NCBI RefSeq assembly: GCF_009914755.1
Contig: NC_060926.1
Strand: one strand, 5' to 3'
Length of the DNA stretch: 64,000 nucleotides
DNA from: the human T2T-CHM13v2.0 reference genome, Homo sapiens
Positions within the stretch are counted from its first letter, which is position 1. Every line of letters starts with the position of its first letter. A program made the position numbers and the translations under genes. This document shows positions 1 to 14,304 of the stretch, piece after piece. The notes beneath the pieces are model-generated. The model worked only from the letters and a program-made list of their open reading frames with translations. It searched no databases and was not told the origin of the DNA.

Positions 1-362
1 ATCTCCACTTAAAAAAAAAAAAGGAAGCCGAGCATGGTGGCATGTGCCTGTAATCCCAGCTACTCAGGAGCCTGAGGCAAGAGACTCGCTTGAACCCAGG
101 AGGTGGAGGTTACAGTGAGCCGAGATAGCACCATTGCACCCCAGCCTGGGTGACAAGAGTGAAAGTCCTTCTAAAAAAAAAAAAAAAAATTAGCTTGGTG
201 TGGTGTTGTGCACCTCTAGTCCCAGCTACTCAGGAGGCTGAGGTGGGAGGATCGCTTGAGCCTGGAAGGTTGAGGCTGCAGTGGAGCCAAGATCACTCCA
301 CTGCCCTCCAGCTTAGGCAGCAGAGCAAGACCCCATCTCAAAAAAATAAAATAAAAAAGAAG
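1..362 (+). mobile_element. Composite Alu: end of a left arm, an AluS-like right arm (26-188) with A-tail, then an AluJ-like right arm (189-362)
   Basis: Two consecutive Alu right-arm sequences (TGTAATCCCAGCTACTC...CAGCCTGGGTGACAAGAG-polyA; TAGTCCCAGCTACTCAGGAGGCTGAGGTGGGAGGATCGCTTGAGCC...A-tail). Confidence 0.85.
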
Positions 363-1589
363 GAAGGAAAATAAATGTGTTCTGTGCCTCCTATATGCTC
401 AGTGCTTGTATTTATGATACCTCCTTTGACGTTTACAATACCACTAAATGTATACTTTATTATTCTCTTTCACTGATGACTCTTAGACACTAATGTATTG
501 ATGAGACAAATTGCCAAAGGCTCTTCAGTGAGTTAGTACAAGCCTGGATTCCAAAGCAAATACATCTGACCGCCTCCCCATGCCGCATCCCCCAACCCCC
601 CTGCACTGCCTCAGTTCTTCCCATGACATCACACTGCCTTCTCCCACCTGGAATGTCTTCTCATTTGCATGTATTCAAGGTTCCAGGTTCCAGCTGATTG
701 ATAACTTTCTATATTGACCCAAAGTGACCTCTGAGATGCTACTCCACAGTTCATTTGGCACAAGAGTTAAAACACTCAAAAAGCTCCTGGGAATTCCTTA
801 TCTACCTGTCGACATTACAGGGAGACCTTGTGCTGATACGCTCTCCCCTAACTGCAGGGCCACATGAGCCAGGGCTATGTGTCCTCCACACCTAGTTCCC
901 ACACTTGCCTCTGACATACACAATGTGTGCACGCACACACATGCCCACACAGACATACACATACGCATGATTACACCCATGCCTTACCAAGCATTCTGTA
1001 CAGACACGTGCTACCATGGGAACATGGGCACAAAAGACGTAGTTGGTTTTCCTCTTTCCTCTACAGATATTTTCAAAACAGTGTTTCTGTGGCGATATCT
1101 TTTTTAGTCTTCTTGTTTCCTTGACTACGGGTTAAGAATGCCGAAACGCCTTGGGTGCCTTTTAGGAGGTCTTTCTCCACTGGGTTTTGTGGCTGAATGA
1201 CTGTATTCCTATTTCTGAGTCAAAGTCTATTGTATTAATTATATCATTCATCTCTTTGCAGTGAAGTCTCAGAATATGCTTGCAAAAAACATCTCTCTGC
1301 CCAGGAATTTGAGATCACATTTCCCTCTTTCCTGCATCAAGCTCAAGCTGCTCTCCTGCTTTCAAGGCCTGGTCCTGCCCCACCGTTCTCTGCCCAAACC
1401 TTCCCTTGCCTTCTCTGTTCCAGACCAATGTGATATGATATTACCAACCTCTATGCCTTTGTTCATGCTGGTTCTAATCTGAGGTTCTACTCCAATTCCT
1501 AACTGACCCCCAAATGATGTTGAGCGAGTTGTTACAACTCTCTAGGCCTGTTTCTTTACTTACCATAAAAAGGCTCCACAAATCAAAGG

Positions 1590-1830
1590 CTACCATTTAC
1601 TAAGGCTTACTTTGTACATTGCCCTAAGTAGTTTACCTATGTTTTCTCACGTTTTCTTAATACCCCTTACAGGGAACGTTACTGTTCCCATTTTCCAGAT
1701 AAGGAAACTGAGACTGAGAGATGAAATAAACTGTCCAAAGGTATACAGCTAGCGAGGAACAAAGAAACGATTAGAACCTGGCTTTGCCTAATTTCAAACC
1801 CCATCCTTTCAACTACTTGCTATGCTGTTC
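1590..1830 (-). mobile_element. MIR SINE
   Basis: Reverse MIR core CCCATTTTCCAGATAAGGAAACTGAGACTGAGAGA; boundaries approximate. Confidence 0.7.
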
Positions 1831-2139
1831 TTCAAAGACCTTTCCAATCCTGAAATCTATGATTTTATGAGCCTATTCAGCCTTCCTCATCCTTTCACTC
1901 CTGTGCCATCTGCCCTTTTGAGGCTTGAATGACTTTTCCATCATGGGCACATTTCAGAACTCCATCTGATTTAACGCTTGATTGTAAACCATCAGACTTT
2001 TTCCCATAATTTTTCAGTGGGTGTTCTTGTCTTCCTTCCAGATGAAACCTTGAGAAAAGGAGCCAAGACTGTAACAGTGGTCCTGTGCCACAGTGCAGGA
2101 AGAAAAGGAACAGAGAGATCACGGGCATGTTTTTTTAGG

Positions 2140-2310
2140 TGGTTTCATGCCATCTTATTTTCTCCTTGAAATACATTCACAGTAAGTATTAGCAGTTTCA
2201 TTTTTATAATGAGGAAGCTAAGGCCCAGAGAAGTTAGGTAGCTCACTCCCTAAGTGGCTGAAGAGAACTTAATAAAGTCAGTCTGATTACAAAGCACAAA
2301 TTTCCTACTA
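2140..2310 (-). mobile_element. MIR SINE fragment
   Basis: TTTTATAAATGAGGAAGCTAAGGCCCAGAGAAGTTAGGTAGCT resembles the reverse MIR core. Confidence 0.6.
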
Positions 2311-3003
2311 TAGAAATGTGAACAATGAAAGACAACAAACATTCTAATTTCCTTTCTCTTTTAGCCATTTCTCTAAATATCAGTACCATTTGGGTACTCA
2401 ATACTACACAATATTCTAAATCACTATATTGTTATCAATGTCCAAAGAGCTCTAAGAGTAAATATTCAAGAGAAATTGAGAACAATAAAACTGAGCCAGT
2501 GCAGTAACATGTTTACTTATGAAAATCATTGATAATGTGGCCATTATAGATATGCCCTGAAAAGCAATATAAACAATGAAGAATTAATTATAAAACATTG
2601 CAACTAATCGAAAGATTCCATTTTTACAGTTTCTGGTGGTCCCAGCATGCCTTTCCAACCTGATCTTTAGCTACTTCATTTCACCCATGCTACAGCCATC
2701 TCATTTCCTGCCTCCATGCCCTTTTATTTTTCCACTTGAAATATCCTCTCCAGTATCTCTACCTCTTCAAATCCTACCTATATTCAAATATCACCTCTTC
2801 CCTTCAGTCTTAACCTCCTCCTTTGCATCTACTAACTAGACCCTCCACATGCTAATAAACACAGATGTTTTCTACCCCATATTCCATTCTCCTCTCCTTC
2901 CTGTGCTCACAAATAAACCACATTTCACATTCACTTAATTGGACCATGTGGCGGATTTATGCCAACAGAATGCAGACAGAAGTGATATTCATCATTTCTA
3001 GAC

Positions 3004-3562
3004 TGTAGTGGTTTGAAAATATGTTCACAAATTCTTTGATACTACTTCTTTCAAGAAGTGGAACTTGATTCCCCTTCTTCTGAGTGGGGGTTGGACATAG
3101 TGATTCTCTTCTAATGAACAAATACGGCGGAGATGGCAGTATATGACTTCTGAGACTAGATCATAAAAGCCATTAAGCTTCCGCTTTATGTGTTCTCTCT
3201 CTCCCCTCCCTCTGCCCTCCCTCTCCCCTCCCTCCCTCTCAGATGAGGTGACTGGCTCTGTGGGAAGCCTATGGCCATGTTGTAATGACACTCAATCAGC
3301 CCAGTGGAGAGGGCCACATGGCAAGGAACTAAGGCCTCCCACCAACAGCCAGCAAAGAACTGAGACCTTCTGCCTACAGTCATGAGTCCTCTTGGAAGAG
3401 AATCTTCCCATCTCATTCAAGCCTTCAGATGACCATGGCATGGGCAAACTTTGATTGCAGTCTCATGACAGACCCAGAGCCAGAACCATCCAGTTAAGCT
3501 GCTGTTGAATTCCTGATCCCATCTAAATCATGTTAATACCTGTCATAAACAGATAACTAACA
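3004..3562 (+). mobile_element. MaLR solo LTR (MLT1E/F-like)
   Basis: Starts TGTAGTGGTTTGAAAATATG, has internal CCCAGTGGAGAGGGCCACATGGCAAGGAACTAAGGCC, ends GATAACTAACA; typical of MLT1 LTRs. Confidence 0.75.
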
Positions 3563-3917
3563 GATTAATAAGCAGCTTATATACAGGCTTAGCTACAAAT
3601 CATTCCATATAATGTTTTACACAAACTGTTTTTTCCTAGTTTTGTGTTGAAGTGAATGAAGCTCTAGAAAGCCAAAGGACAGAAGGAGCCAGGACCTCTG
3701 AGTCATTTGGAGGAGTGCTACCCTAGAAAGCCACCCCTATCATGTTAAACCACAAATTTGGGACTTGTTTGCTATAGTAGATAGTGCTAATTCTATGTAA
3801 TATACTCTCGTTTTTACTTCTCATAGCATTTATTGTTCTCTACCATAAATAATTATTCGCGTAAATATATTTTTTCATTTTAGTCTATTAGTTGCTTTAA
3901 AAAAAAAAAAACTACAT

Positions 3918-4295
3918 TGCCATGGTTTGACTGTGTCCTCCAAAAGCATGTGTTGGAAACTTAATTGCCATTGTAACAGTATTAAGAGGTGGGACCTTTC
4001 AGAGGTGAGTAGGACATGAGGGCTCTGCCTGCATGAATGGATTAATGCTGTTATTTCAGGAGCGATTTTCTTATAAAAGGACAAGGTAGGCCCCCTTCAC
4101 ACTCTCTCTGTTGCACACTCTCTTGGCTGTCTGCCTTCTGACATGGGATGACACAGCAAGAAGGCCCTCCCCAGGTGCAACCCCTCCATCTTGGACTTCT
4201 CAGCTTCTAGAACTATGAGCCAAATACATTTCATTTCTTTATAAATTACCCAGTCTTTGGTATTCTGTTATAGCAGCACAAACCGGACTAAGACA
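3918..4295 (+). mobile_element. MaLR solo LTR (MSTB/MSTD-like)
   Basis: TGCCATGGTTTGACTGTGTCC...GCAGCACAAACCGGACTAAGACA; TG..CA ends; 5-bp TSD TACAT/AACAT. Confidence 0.85.
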
Positions 4296-4319
4296 AACAT
4301 GAAATGAGAAATTACAAGA

Positions 4320-4520
4320 CGCCTGGTGGTATGTGCTTTGCCAATGTATCTCAATTAATTCTCGCAATAAACCTCTCAAGTAAATACTATTATTACTCTG
4401 ATTTTTCAGATGTGAAATATGGGCCTGGGAGAGGTAAAGTGACTTGCTCATAGCCCAGAAGAGGCCAAGCTGACAAATCTGATGATTCCTAAAGTCACGT
4501 CCTTAGCCACTCTGACATGC
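4320..4520 (-). mobile_element. MIR SINE
   Basis: TATTATTACTCTGATTTTTCAGATGTGAAATATGGGCCTGGGAGAGGTAAAGTGACTTGCTCA. Confidence 0.65.
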
Positions 4521-5571
4521 TCCCTCCCAGTTAGCCTTGCATCTCACATGGTGCCTAACAAAGTGTCTTACGTACAGTTGTTGGTTAATTTATGTCAGTG
4601 ACTGCATGAATAAGTGAATGAAGAAACAGCAATATGTTAAAAGGGGAAATGTCATAAAAGGTCACAAAGAATCAAAAAATCCTGTTGCTCTCCAATATTT
4701 TTTCCCTCATACAAATGGCCCTTTTTACTTGTATGTCTTTGAACTTTAGGGTGCCAGTGGCTAGAACACATAAAGAGACTCATTCACTGGATGGAAAGCA
4801 TGCTTAGAGAATACTAAGAAATTCTTCATAATGTCTACTTTTAGATCAAGAGCCTCAAGTGCTTCAGGACATCAAACAAATTTAGAACTTTTCTGAAAAG
4901 CCGATTCATTAAGGAAAGCTGCTGAAATCTACAGGCACCTTTTAAGGAGAGGACAGGGACATAGCGATGGGTGCCGTTTCACTAGAAACCTGTGCCCATT
5001 CACGGCCAGGCGGGGAGACTCAGAGCATGACAAAGGCTTAATTGTTCTCGCCAGAACAACATGGTAATGGAGTGAAAGAGTGGGTGCCCTGTGTACCGAG
5101 GAAAAAAGGCAGTAAATGAGTCCCTGGCAGCACCACAGCAGGTCAGCCTTAACAAAGATGGGGACGGCACTCTCTGCCAGAAAACCAGTCTCAGCAAACT
5201 TGCTGAGTTAAAACTATCAGATTTAAGCTAAAAACAACTATATTTCCAAAATATGCAGCCTGTGCACCATGGGAAAAGGAAGACTATCCGTACCTAGGGA
5301 GTAGATAAGTAATAAATAGTCTCATACTCTTTTAAGGAGAGCAATGCCCCAGGCTTCCTTTCTGATTTGCTCAGAATTGGCATTAGTCTTAAGTCATCAC
5401 CCTGTCTCCACTTCAGGTTCACATTTATGTCTGTTCCAATTCTCCACAAAGAAAGCTTAAACTTTCCTTACTGAAAACTTTTTTTTTTCCTGAAATGAAA
5501 AATATTGTACTTCAACATTTAACTTTGGGGACTGAAGCAGAAGGAAAGAGACATTTGTTTCCCATGCTCAC

Positions 5572-5865
<294 letters not shown>

Positions 5866-6195
5866 TAATTTTACTTTTTTAATGTTAGAGGAGTTCATCA
5901 AGGTGACGATTATGACCACTTGGATCTTTGGGTTTTTTTTTCTATTATTGTTTCAAATAAGTTAAATATTTTTAAAAACTTTTGTAACTATAAATCTCCA
6001 CCCCCAAACAACAGTTATTTTTCCCATAAACAAAACCCTTACTTCTCAGGGGAAAGTCCATTCCGTATGTGTTCCTTGGAGTAGAATATTATAGAACACC
6101 TTCACAAAACAAGAAAAGACCCCAGATTATTAGAGTTTTTTAAATTTTAGTATTGCTTAAAGTGGCATAACCATGTAATATTATTTTAAATAGAT

Positions 6196-6415
6196 CACTG
6201 ATTTCCAACTGAGGGTGATTGCCCCCCAGAGGACATTTGGCAATGTCTAGAAACATTTTTGGTTCTCATCACTGGTCGGGGATGGGGGAGGGTTGTGCCT
6301 AGTGGATAGAGGCTGGGGAGCCTGCTGCTAAGTATCCTACAGTGCATAGGACAGTCCCCACAACAAAGAATTAACTGGCCCAAAATGTCAGTGGTGCCCA
6401 GTTTGAGAAACCCTG
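6196..6415 (+). mobile_element. MER20 hAT-Charlie DNA transposon
   Basis: GGACATTTGGCAATGTCTAGAAACATTTTTGGTT...TTGAGAAACCCTG; 8-bp TSD AAATAGAT/ACATAGAT. Confidence 0.85.
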
Positions 6416-6694
6416 ACATAGATATAATGACTCTGTTATAGAATATACAGAAGAAGTTCACACTGAAGTTATGCTCAATAAGATGTTGGCAGGGGAAATC
6501 ATTTTTTCACTGGTTGGATGACATACCAAGTGTGAGGTTGAAAATGGCCAGATTTGGGGGCACAAGTTTGTGCCCTTTCTTCTTGGACGTGCAAGGTACT
6601 TGATAAACACTGAAACAGAACTGAATCGATCCTTGATCCTATTTTCCTTTATCTAATATTTGTTGAATCTCTGCTATGCTATCAGATACATAAG

Positions 6695-6922
<228 letters not shown>

Positions 6923-9108
6923 TAAACACAGCTTTTAAGACAGATGGTGCCTCAACCATAAGCACACCTGTTCTTTATCGGAAAGAAAAGGGCCCAGGCC
7001 ATGTCTAAATACTGCAATCAGTATTTTGGTCAGGCTATGTCTCTGGAGAGCTAAAATGAAATGAGAACGAAACTGAAATGTTAAGGTACTTTTATACTAA
7101 ATGTACATAAAATTAATTTCCAGTATGGGCGATTTTGTTGTGCTGTAATTATAAATAAATGTCTACCCCTTTAGGAAAGCCAAAGCCTAAAAGGGCACCA
7201 ATTCAGGGGACTTACTGAAGCTAAACAAGCCAAGCAAGTTAGATTTTAGGCCTGGGACATGGGTGGGAGGGCTTCTGGTACTTTCACTTTATAATATAAT
7301 GTCTAACTTGTCCCCACCCTAACCAGTTGTCTCAGGACAGGAGGTGCTCTGGGACTTCCCTTCACATATAAAATAGCCGGAAGGATGTGAGTGTGTGGTC
7401 CCAGGGGCTGGACTTGGCTCATCACTTGGAAAGGAGTCACTGGGAAAGTTCCCAAACTATCCCTCCCTGAGCAGTCATGAATCCACACTTAATTCGCCCC
7501 ATCAAAGTAGGCCTCATGAAAATATTTTCCCTGAAACTTAAAAAACCTCAGCAGCATGAATTATCTCAGAAGTTATAATAGTTGTAGCATTATTGATCCA
7601 TGAACAATCGAATTCTTTGAATTCGTGCCTAAGAATACAAAAGAAGCCCCTGCACTTTTTTCACAAGTCTCTGTGGAATTTCCCATTCCAACGAAATCAA
7701 GTTAGACTTTTTTATTTAGCAACAGTACCATTTCCAACCACCAATGCAACCGCTTAATAGAGTTTTGTTTATGGTTTAGCAAGATGTTTTTTTCTAATAA
7801 CAACAAAAAAAAAATGCAGCTACAAAGCACTAAGCTCAGAAAAATACATTTGCAAAAACATATTGCAAATTTAATTCTCTCCTATTTTTTAGTTGCCTTT
7901 AAGGAAAGTCTTAATTGGAAGAGCAGCATTGTCACCAACTACTGTGCCAAAACCAAAGCTGGTTCAGGGCTGGCTGAACTCACTGAGCTGAGGTCAGGGC
8001 AGATGCAGCCTGTCCTCCATGCTGGGCAGGAGTCTGTGTAGGATTCTGTGTCGGTCCATCCTGGTTGTGAGTGCTCCTAGTTCACCCTGCCACCCACTCC
8101 TAACAGTCTTAGCTTAGAGCCCACCTCCAGTCCTACAGGTGCCCAAAGCCCTAGTCAGGGTCCAGACCCTACAGTCTTTCTCAAGGTTTGAGGTGCGCGG
8201 GTCTGACCCAGAAATACCCCAGACCCTTTGGAGCTGTGGGAGTAGTTGCAGGGTCCAGGACCCATCAAACAGTCCCCGATCGATCCACTAGCTACTCACA
8301 TCCAAGGGCTTTGACTAGAACCAGAAAAATTACAGGAATGCAGCAAACCATCTGCCTGGATGCATTCAGCCCTGGGTCAGTCACAATAGGTGTTCAGAAC
8401 CCCTGGTTCTATGCAATCAATCAAAGACAGACATCTTCCACTAAGAACTGAAATCTCGGCAGGCTCACTGGCTTTAAATCACGCCTGTGTCACTCTGGAG
8501 CTATGGAATGAGTTAAACCTCAGCATGCTCCTTGACTTTAACTCATTCCAGTTTCTCAAATGAGAACAAAGAAAACATCAGAAGATATCCATCAACAGTG
8601 GAATACTCTCCACACTTGGCTAAGCATTGTATCTTCACACTTAACTCAGAATTTCCCTTCGCTTTCAGGTTTAATGCAAATCCTTTGTTTGGTTAAATGA
8701 TGGCACACATATTTGGTTTTTTATTTATAATGTACTGGGTCTACGGTGGGGGAGGCAGTGTCTGAAGTTCTTTATAAATACTAATGTATTTATTTGTGTA
8801 TTTATGTGTATATTTATAAAATATACATATAGTATGTACACTTATGACAAAATGTACACATCAAGGGGTTGCATACATTCAAACACATTAGATTCTTTGT
8901 GACTGAATTTATTTTGTAATATTTTTCATTGCTGAATATGTGCCTATTTTAAGAAAGTAAAGAAAACAAAGTTTTATAAAGAAAAAGTGAATAATCCTGT
9001 TGTTCCCTTCCAACATCCTCCTGAGGTAACAGCAATGTTTTCTAGTGTTTACCAATGTGTGGGATAAGCCTTCTGAAAGGAGTTATTTTTTAAAAGTTTT
9101 AAAAAAGA

Positions 9109-9518
<410 letters not shown>

Positions 9519-10561
9519 TCATTTCCTCAACATAGAAAAGGGGTAAATAGCATGGCTGCAGTTGAATTTTTACATTAATGCAGTTGAGGAAGGAATGAAG
9601 AACAAACTGCAAGTCAGTGTAGACCTGGGAGGATGGCAGAGAGAACGATTTGAAATTGTAGGACTTTCAGAATTGATTGGTGACTTTTCATGGTTATCTA
9701 GAGATAGCAAGCACCTAGGAGATCCTTTCAACAGACATTTCCTCTCAAGAGTTTTTAGTCCATGCCCTTTTGAAATTAGATCAATGACCTTCTGTTCATA
9801 TACCATAAGGACCCCCGAGATTGCATTTGAACATTCTGCCAAAGCGAAAAGGACATCTCGTCCCTCTTTCCTGGAGAAAGGAACTGAGTGTCCTAAAGGG
9901 AATTCTGGAAACTGTTTGTCCACTAAAACCCAGCATCTTCCGAGAGCCTATGTTCTCCCCTGTGATGCACGCAGGCAACATTTGGCTCAACCTTCAAGAA
10001 GGCTTCAAAGCTGAGGGAAGCTCACAGGTGCACTGGAGAATGGCTCTAGAGTGGCCAAAGAGTCCCTTGTGGGACTTAATGTAGCACAACATAGAGAAGA
10101 TTCTGCATGGAGGGCTGCAACCCAAAATAAAGAAGGGAGCAATGAGGACTAAAAAATACTCTAAACCCTGTAGGGTCACACTGTAGCCCTCAGAATAAAG
10201 TGAAGGCTTCGGACTCCAGGGACTATCCTTCCAGCTGCAAAAATGTTGCAGACTGAGCATCTTTGTCTTCCACAGAGACCAAAACAAAGATCAAATAATC
10301 AAGAGGTGGAAAGGGGGAATAGTGAACTCCCTAGCTTACTGACCTTAACTTAGCACGTGATTTTGAAGTTTTGTTGTATCACATGGTAATCAGTCTCTTG
10401 GCCTTTTAAAAATATATGTGTTAATAGTTATCTCATGTCTGCACAGAGCTCTCTTAACCTCTCCCCATAGCTAATTAATGATTCTTAAAGAGGGAAGATG
10501 CTTGACTTTAACTTGTGTCGGAAATAATATTGGGACGTTATTAAGATGGTGTTTGCCTAAG

Positions 10562-10742
10562 GCGGTGGTTTGACACTCTGGTTGCATATTCGAATCACTA
10601 GGAGAGTTTTAAAACACTGATACCTAGAACCCATCCTCAGACATTCTGATTTGATTGTTCTGAGTTAGGGGCAGGCTATCCATATTATTTTTAGAAGTCC
10701 CCCAGGTGATTTGAATACACAGGCACACGTGAGAAACACAGG
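10562..10742. mobile_element. MER5-type hAT MITE
   Basis: GAATCACTAGGAGAGTTTTAAAA...CATCCTCAGACATTCTGATTTGATTG...CCCCAGGTGATT. Confidence 0.7.
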
Positions 10743-12158
10743 TCTAAGTGATTCAGGCTCATTGGGATCCTAATCCCTTCCTAAATAACCACCCTTTCAA
10801 CAACACAAGCAACGCTTTATTACAAGCCTGGGTTCCAAATCTCACTGCAGCACTGTAGTGAGTCAGCCTGGTCCTAACAAATGCCTTTGCATGCATCTAA
10901 AGAGCCAAAACAACTGAAGGGCTACTTCTTCCTCTCCATCTCCACGTCCAAACCCAAGCCTCTGTTCTTCACCACCCCAACAAGATGAATAGCCACATCT
11001 GTCAGCAAGAAGCAGAACAAACACCAGAGAAACCAGAGAATCACTCTTCAGGCCTGGAGGAATGCTGGCCTGGGCCTCTGTCAGGTCGACAGAGAGAAGG
11101 ATGTGGAAAGGGGAGAGGGATGCTGGTCCTCAAGGAGGCTCCATCTCGACCTGTTTTACTTTATCCTGGAAGAAGAAAAATGTGAAGACACAGCTGGGGC
11201 TTCCCTGAGGAACCTGAACTCTCTAGGTGCCTAAAGGAATAAAGAATGAGGTTGAGGGCAGTGGTGAATAAAGGGCGGCCTAAGCCTTCTCCAAAGAGGG
11301 CAATGCCTCCGACCTCTCAGTCCTCTGGCTGAATGAACAGTCAGCAGACGCCCCTGAGCAAGCAGGGTATGGAGAGAGATGGAGATCTCCAGCTCTGCGG
11401 CACAATGAACTGAAGTCGACCTCAACATGGCTCCAGACACATAGGAACACTGGGCAGCATACAACCTGAAGGAGATTCTGATACACAGCCACACTCAAAA
11501 GAAAAAATATTGGAACTAGAAAACAAGAATGTCTGAAGCCAGAGGAGCAGGCCCATGAACTGTCACCAGGGTGACCCTGGGGAACGACTCTGGCAAACCA
11601 AGAGATGGCACTGGCAATACGTGATGAAGGGTCAGGAGATGTGGCCCCAGGCCTCAGAGGGGTGGGAAGCTGTAATCAGAAACACACAAAACTAGAGCCC
11701 TCAAAGAGCTGCCCTTCCTTCTAAAAGGCTTAGGAAAACAACCTTCTCTGTCAGGAAAGCAACAAGGAAGCGTACCATCTGCCTGGAACATTAATTGAAA
11801 AAAAAAAAAAAATCAAGACTACAAACAAAAAGTCCCTACTAAGAAATCAAAACCACAAGTTTATGGGGCTGGGGGGTCTGAGGTCCAGATTATGTCATTT
11901 GTATAAGAATCCCAAGCCAAAGAATAAAGGTAGAAAACCAGATTTGGAGCACCTAGTCCACAGAAACAAATGCAAAACCGTCCCAAAGTGACATTTCCAC
12001 AACTCAGGAGGCACAAACATTTCAAATATGATAATGAACACCTGCTAAAAATGGCTCACAGTAAAAATTTATAAACCACACAGGGTAATGAACTGTAACA
12101 AGGGAAAGTCAGGAGAGACAATAAATGGGAGAAATCATACTGTCAGAACAGTAGGTCA

Positions 12159-12475
<317 letters not shown>

Positions 12476-12479
12476 ATAT

Positions 12480-13010
12480 TATATATATTTTAAATGATTA
12501 AAAAGTTTATTTTAAACAAATAGATCCTAGAAGAGAGCAGGACAAAATGAGTAAAGAAAAAGGCATTTCTGAAAATGAACCAAAGAGAAATAAATATTGA
12601 CAATGAAATGAAGAATTTAATGAACTGGTAACAGAAAATGCAACCTAACAGAAGAGACAAATTCTTGATTCAGAATATAGAGGCAAATAAATTTTCTAAA
12701 CTGCAACCCAGGGAAGCTGGGAGATGTAAGAATAGAATGAAAAAGTGTGGCGTACATAACGGCAATTCTAGGAAGAGAGAATGGAGAAAATGGAGAGCAT
12801 CAGACAGAAGGGATGGTAACTGTGATTCTCACAGGATTACAGAAAGACATGAGTACTCAGATTCAAGAAGCATAATGAGCAGTATAAATAAAAATAAATC
12901 CACCCCTAGAAATATTGTAATGAAATAGCAAAGTGCCAAGGACAAAAAGAAAATCTTAAACCAGCCAGAAAGAAAATATGGATTACTCAAATTGAATTAC
13001 ATTTAGACTT
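12480..13010 (+). mobile_element. Ancient L1 (L1M/HAL1-like) ORF1 remnant
   Basis: Translation INKNKSTPRNIVMK*QSAKDKKKIL resembles the L1 ORF1p motif STPRHIIVK..KDKEKILKAAR; has an in-frame stop. A-rich L1-like sequence probably extends left to about 11000. Confidence 0.65.
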
Positions 13011-13450
13011 GTAAGCAAATGTTCAAAGCAGCACTACTCATAATAGCCAAAAACCTGAGACAATACAAATGTCCATCAACTGCTGAATGGATAAATAAAA
13101 TCTGGTATGTCCATAAATAGAATACCATTCAGCATAAAAAGGATTTAGTGATAACATGTTATAACATATGAACTTCAAAATTACTAAGTGAAAGAAGACT
13201 ACATATTGTATGACTCTACTTATATGACATTTCTAGGAAAGACAAATTTATATCTGCAGATTGCCTGAGGCTAGGAGAGGAAGCTAAGATTGACAGCAAA
13301 TGGTCATGAACTTTTTGGGATGATGAAAATGCTCTAAAACTACACTGTGGTGATGGTTGCATCATGAATAGCTTTACCAAAAAAAAAAAAAATACTGTAC
13401 ACTTTAATAGGTGAATTGTGTGGCATATTAATGATAGTTCAATAAACCTG
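13010..13450 (+). mobile_element. L1M (MB/ME-like) 3' end
   Basis: CAAATGTCCATCAACTGCTGAATGGATAAATAAAA...GGGATGATGAAAATGCTCTAAAACT...CAATAAA. Confidence 0.75.
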
Positions 13451-13682
13451 TTGAACAAATCAACAATGACAACAACAAAATGTACAGGGCACAGATGACT
13501 GTATAAGTTGGATTTTGCCAAACCTTTAAGGTCAGATAACCCTGATCTGATACAAACTTTTCCAGGAATTAGAAAAGAGCAAGGGTTCCCATCATTTAAG
13601 AAGCTAATGTGAGATTCAAATCTAAGCATTCCAAGTGTAGACTCTCCACAATACAACTGCCTCCATCTCTGTGTCTGAAGAG

Positions 13683-13987
13683 TTTTGTTTTTTTTTTTTT
13701 TTTTTTTTTTTGAGACGAGTCTCACTCTGTCACCTAGGCCGGAGCGCAGTGGCGTAATCTCGACCAACCTCCGCCTCCCAGGTTCAAGCAATTCTCCTGC
13801 TTCAGCCTCTTGAGTAACTGGGACTACAGGCATGCACCACCAGGCCTGGCTAGCTTTTTGTGTTTTTAGTACAGACAAGGTTTCACCATGTTGGCCAGGT
13901 TGATCTTGAACTCCTGACCTCAGGTTATCTGCCCGACTCGGCCTCTCAAAGTGCTGGGATTACAAGCGTGAGCCACCACACCCAGCC
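13683..13987 (-). mobile_element. AluS inserted at the tail of the adjacent Alu
   Basis: Full reverse Alu; TSD CTGAAG(A/G)GTTTT on both sides. Confidence 0.9.
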
Positions 13988-13994
13988 TGAAGGG

Positions 13995-14303
13995 TTTTTT
14001 TGAGATGGAGTCTCACTCTGTCGCCCAGGATGGAGTGCAGTGGCGCCATCTCGGCTCACTGCAACCTCCGCCCTCCTAGTTCAAGCGATTCTCCTGCCTC
14101 AGCCTCCTGAGTAACCGGGTTTACAGGTGCCTGCCACCGCACCCGGCTAATTTTTTTTTTCTTTCTTTTTTTTTTTTGTACTTTTAGTAGAGACGGAGTT
14201 TCACCATCTTGGCCAGGCTGATCTTGAACTCCTGATCTCGTGATCCACCCGCCTTGGCCTCCCAAAGTGCTGGGATTACAAGCGTAAGCCACCAGACCCA
14301 GCC
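13995..14303 (-). mobile_element. AluS (Sc/Sg-like)
   Basis: Full reverse Alu with CCTGATCTCGTGATCCACCCGCC and an expanded T-rich linker. Confidence 0.9.
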
Positions 14304-14304
14304 C

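Noticed and set aside
9562-10287. Cluster of overlapping ORFs on both strands (150, 117 and 97 aa) as a gene or processed pseudogene
   Set aside because: No recognisable protein similarity, and no polyA/TSD bracketing the block
13216-13878. Longest ORF (220 aa, - strand) as a gene
   Set aside because: Runs through Alu and old L1 sequence; contains typical Alu-derived peptide and poly-K/F from A/T tails
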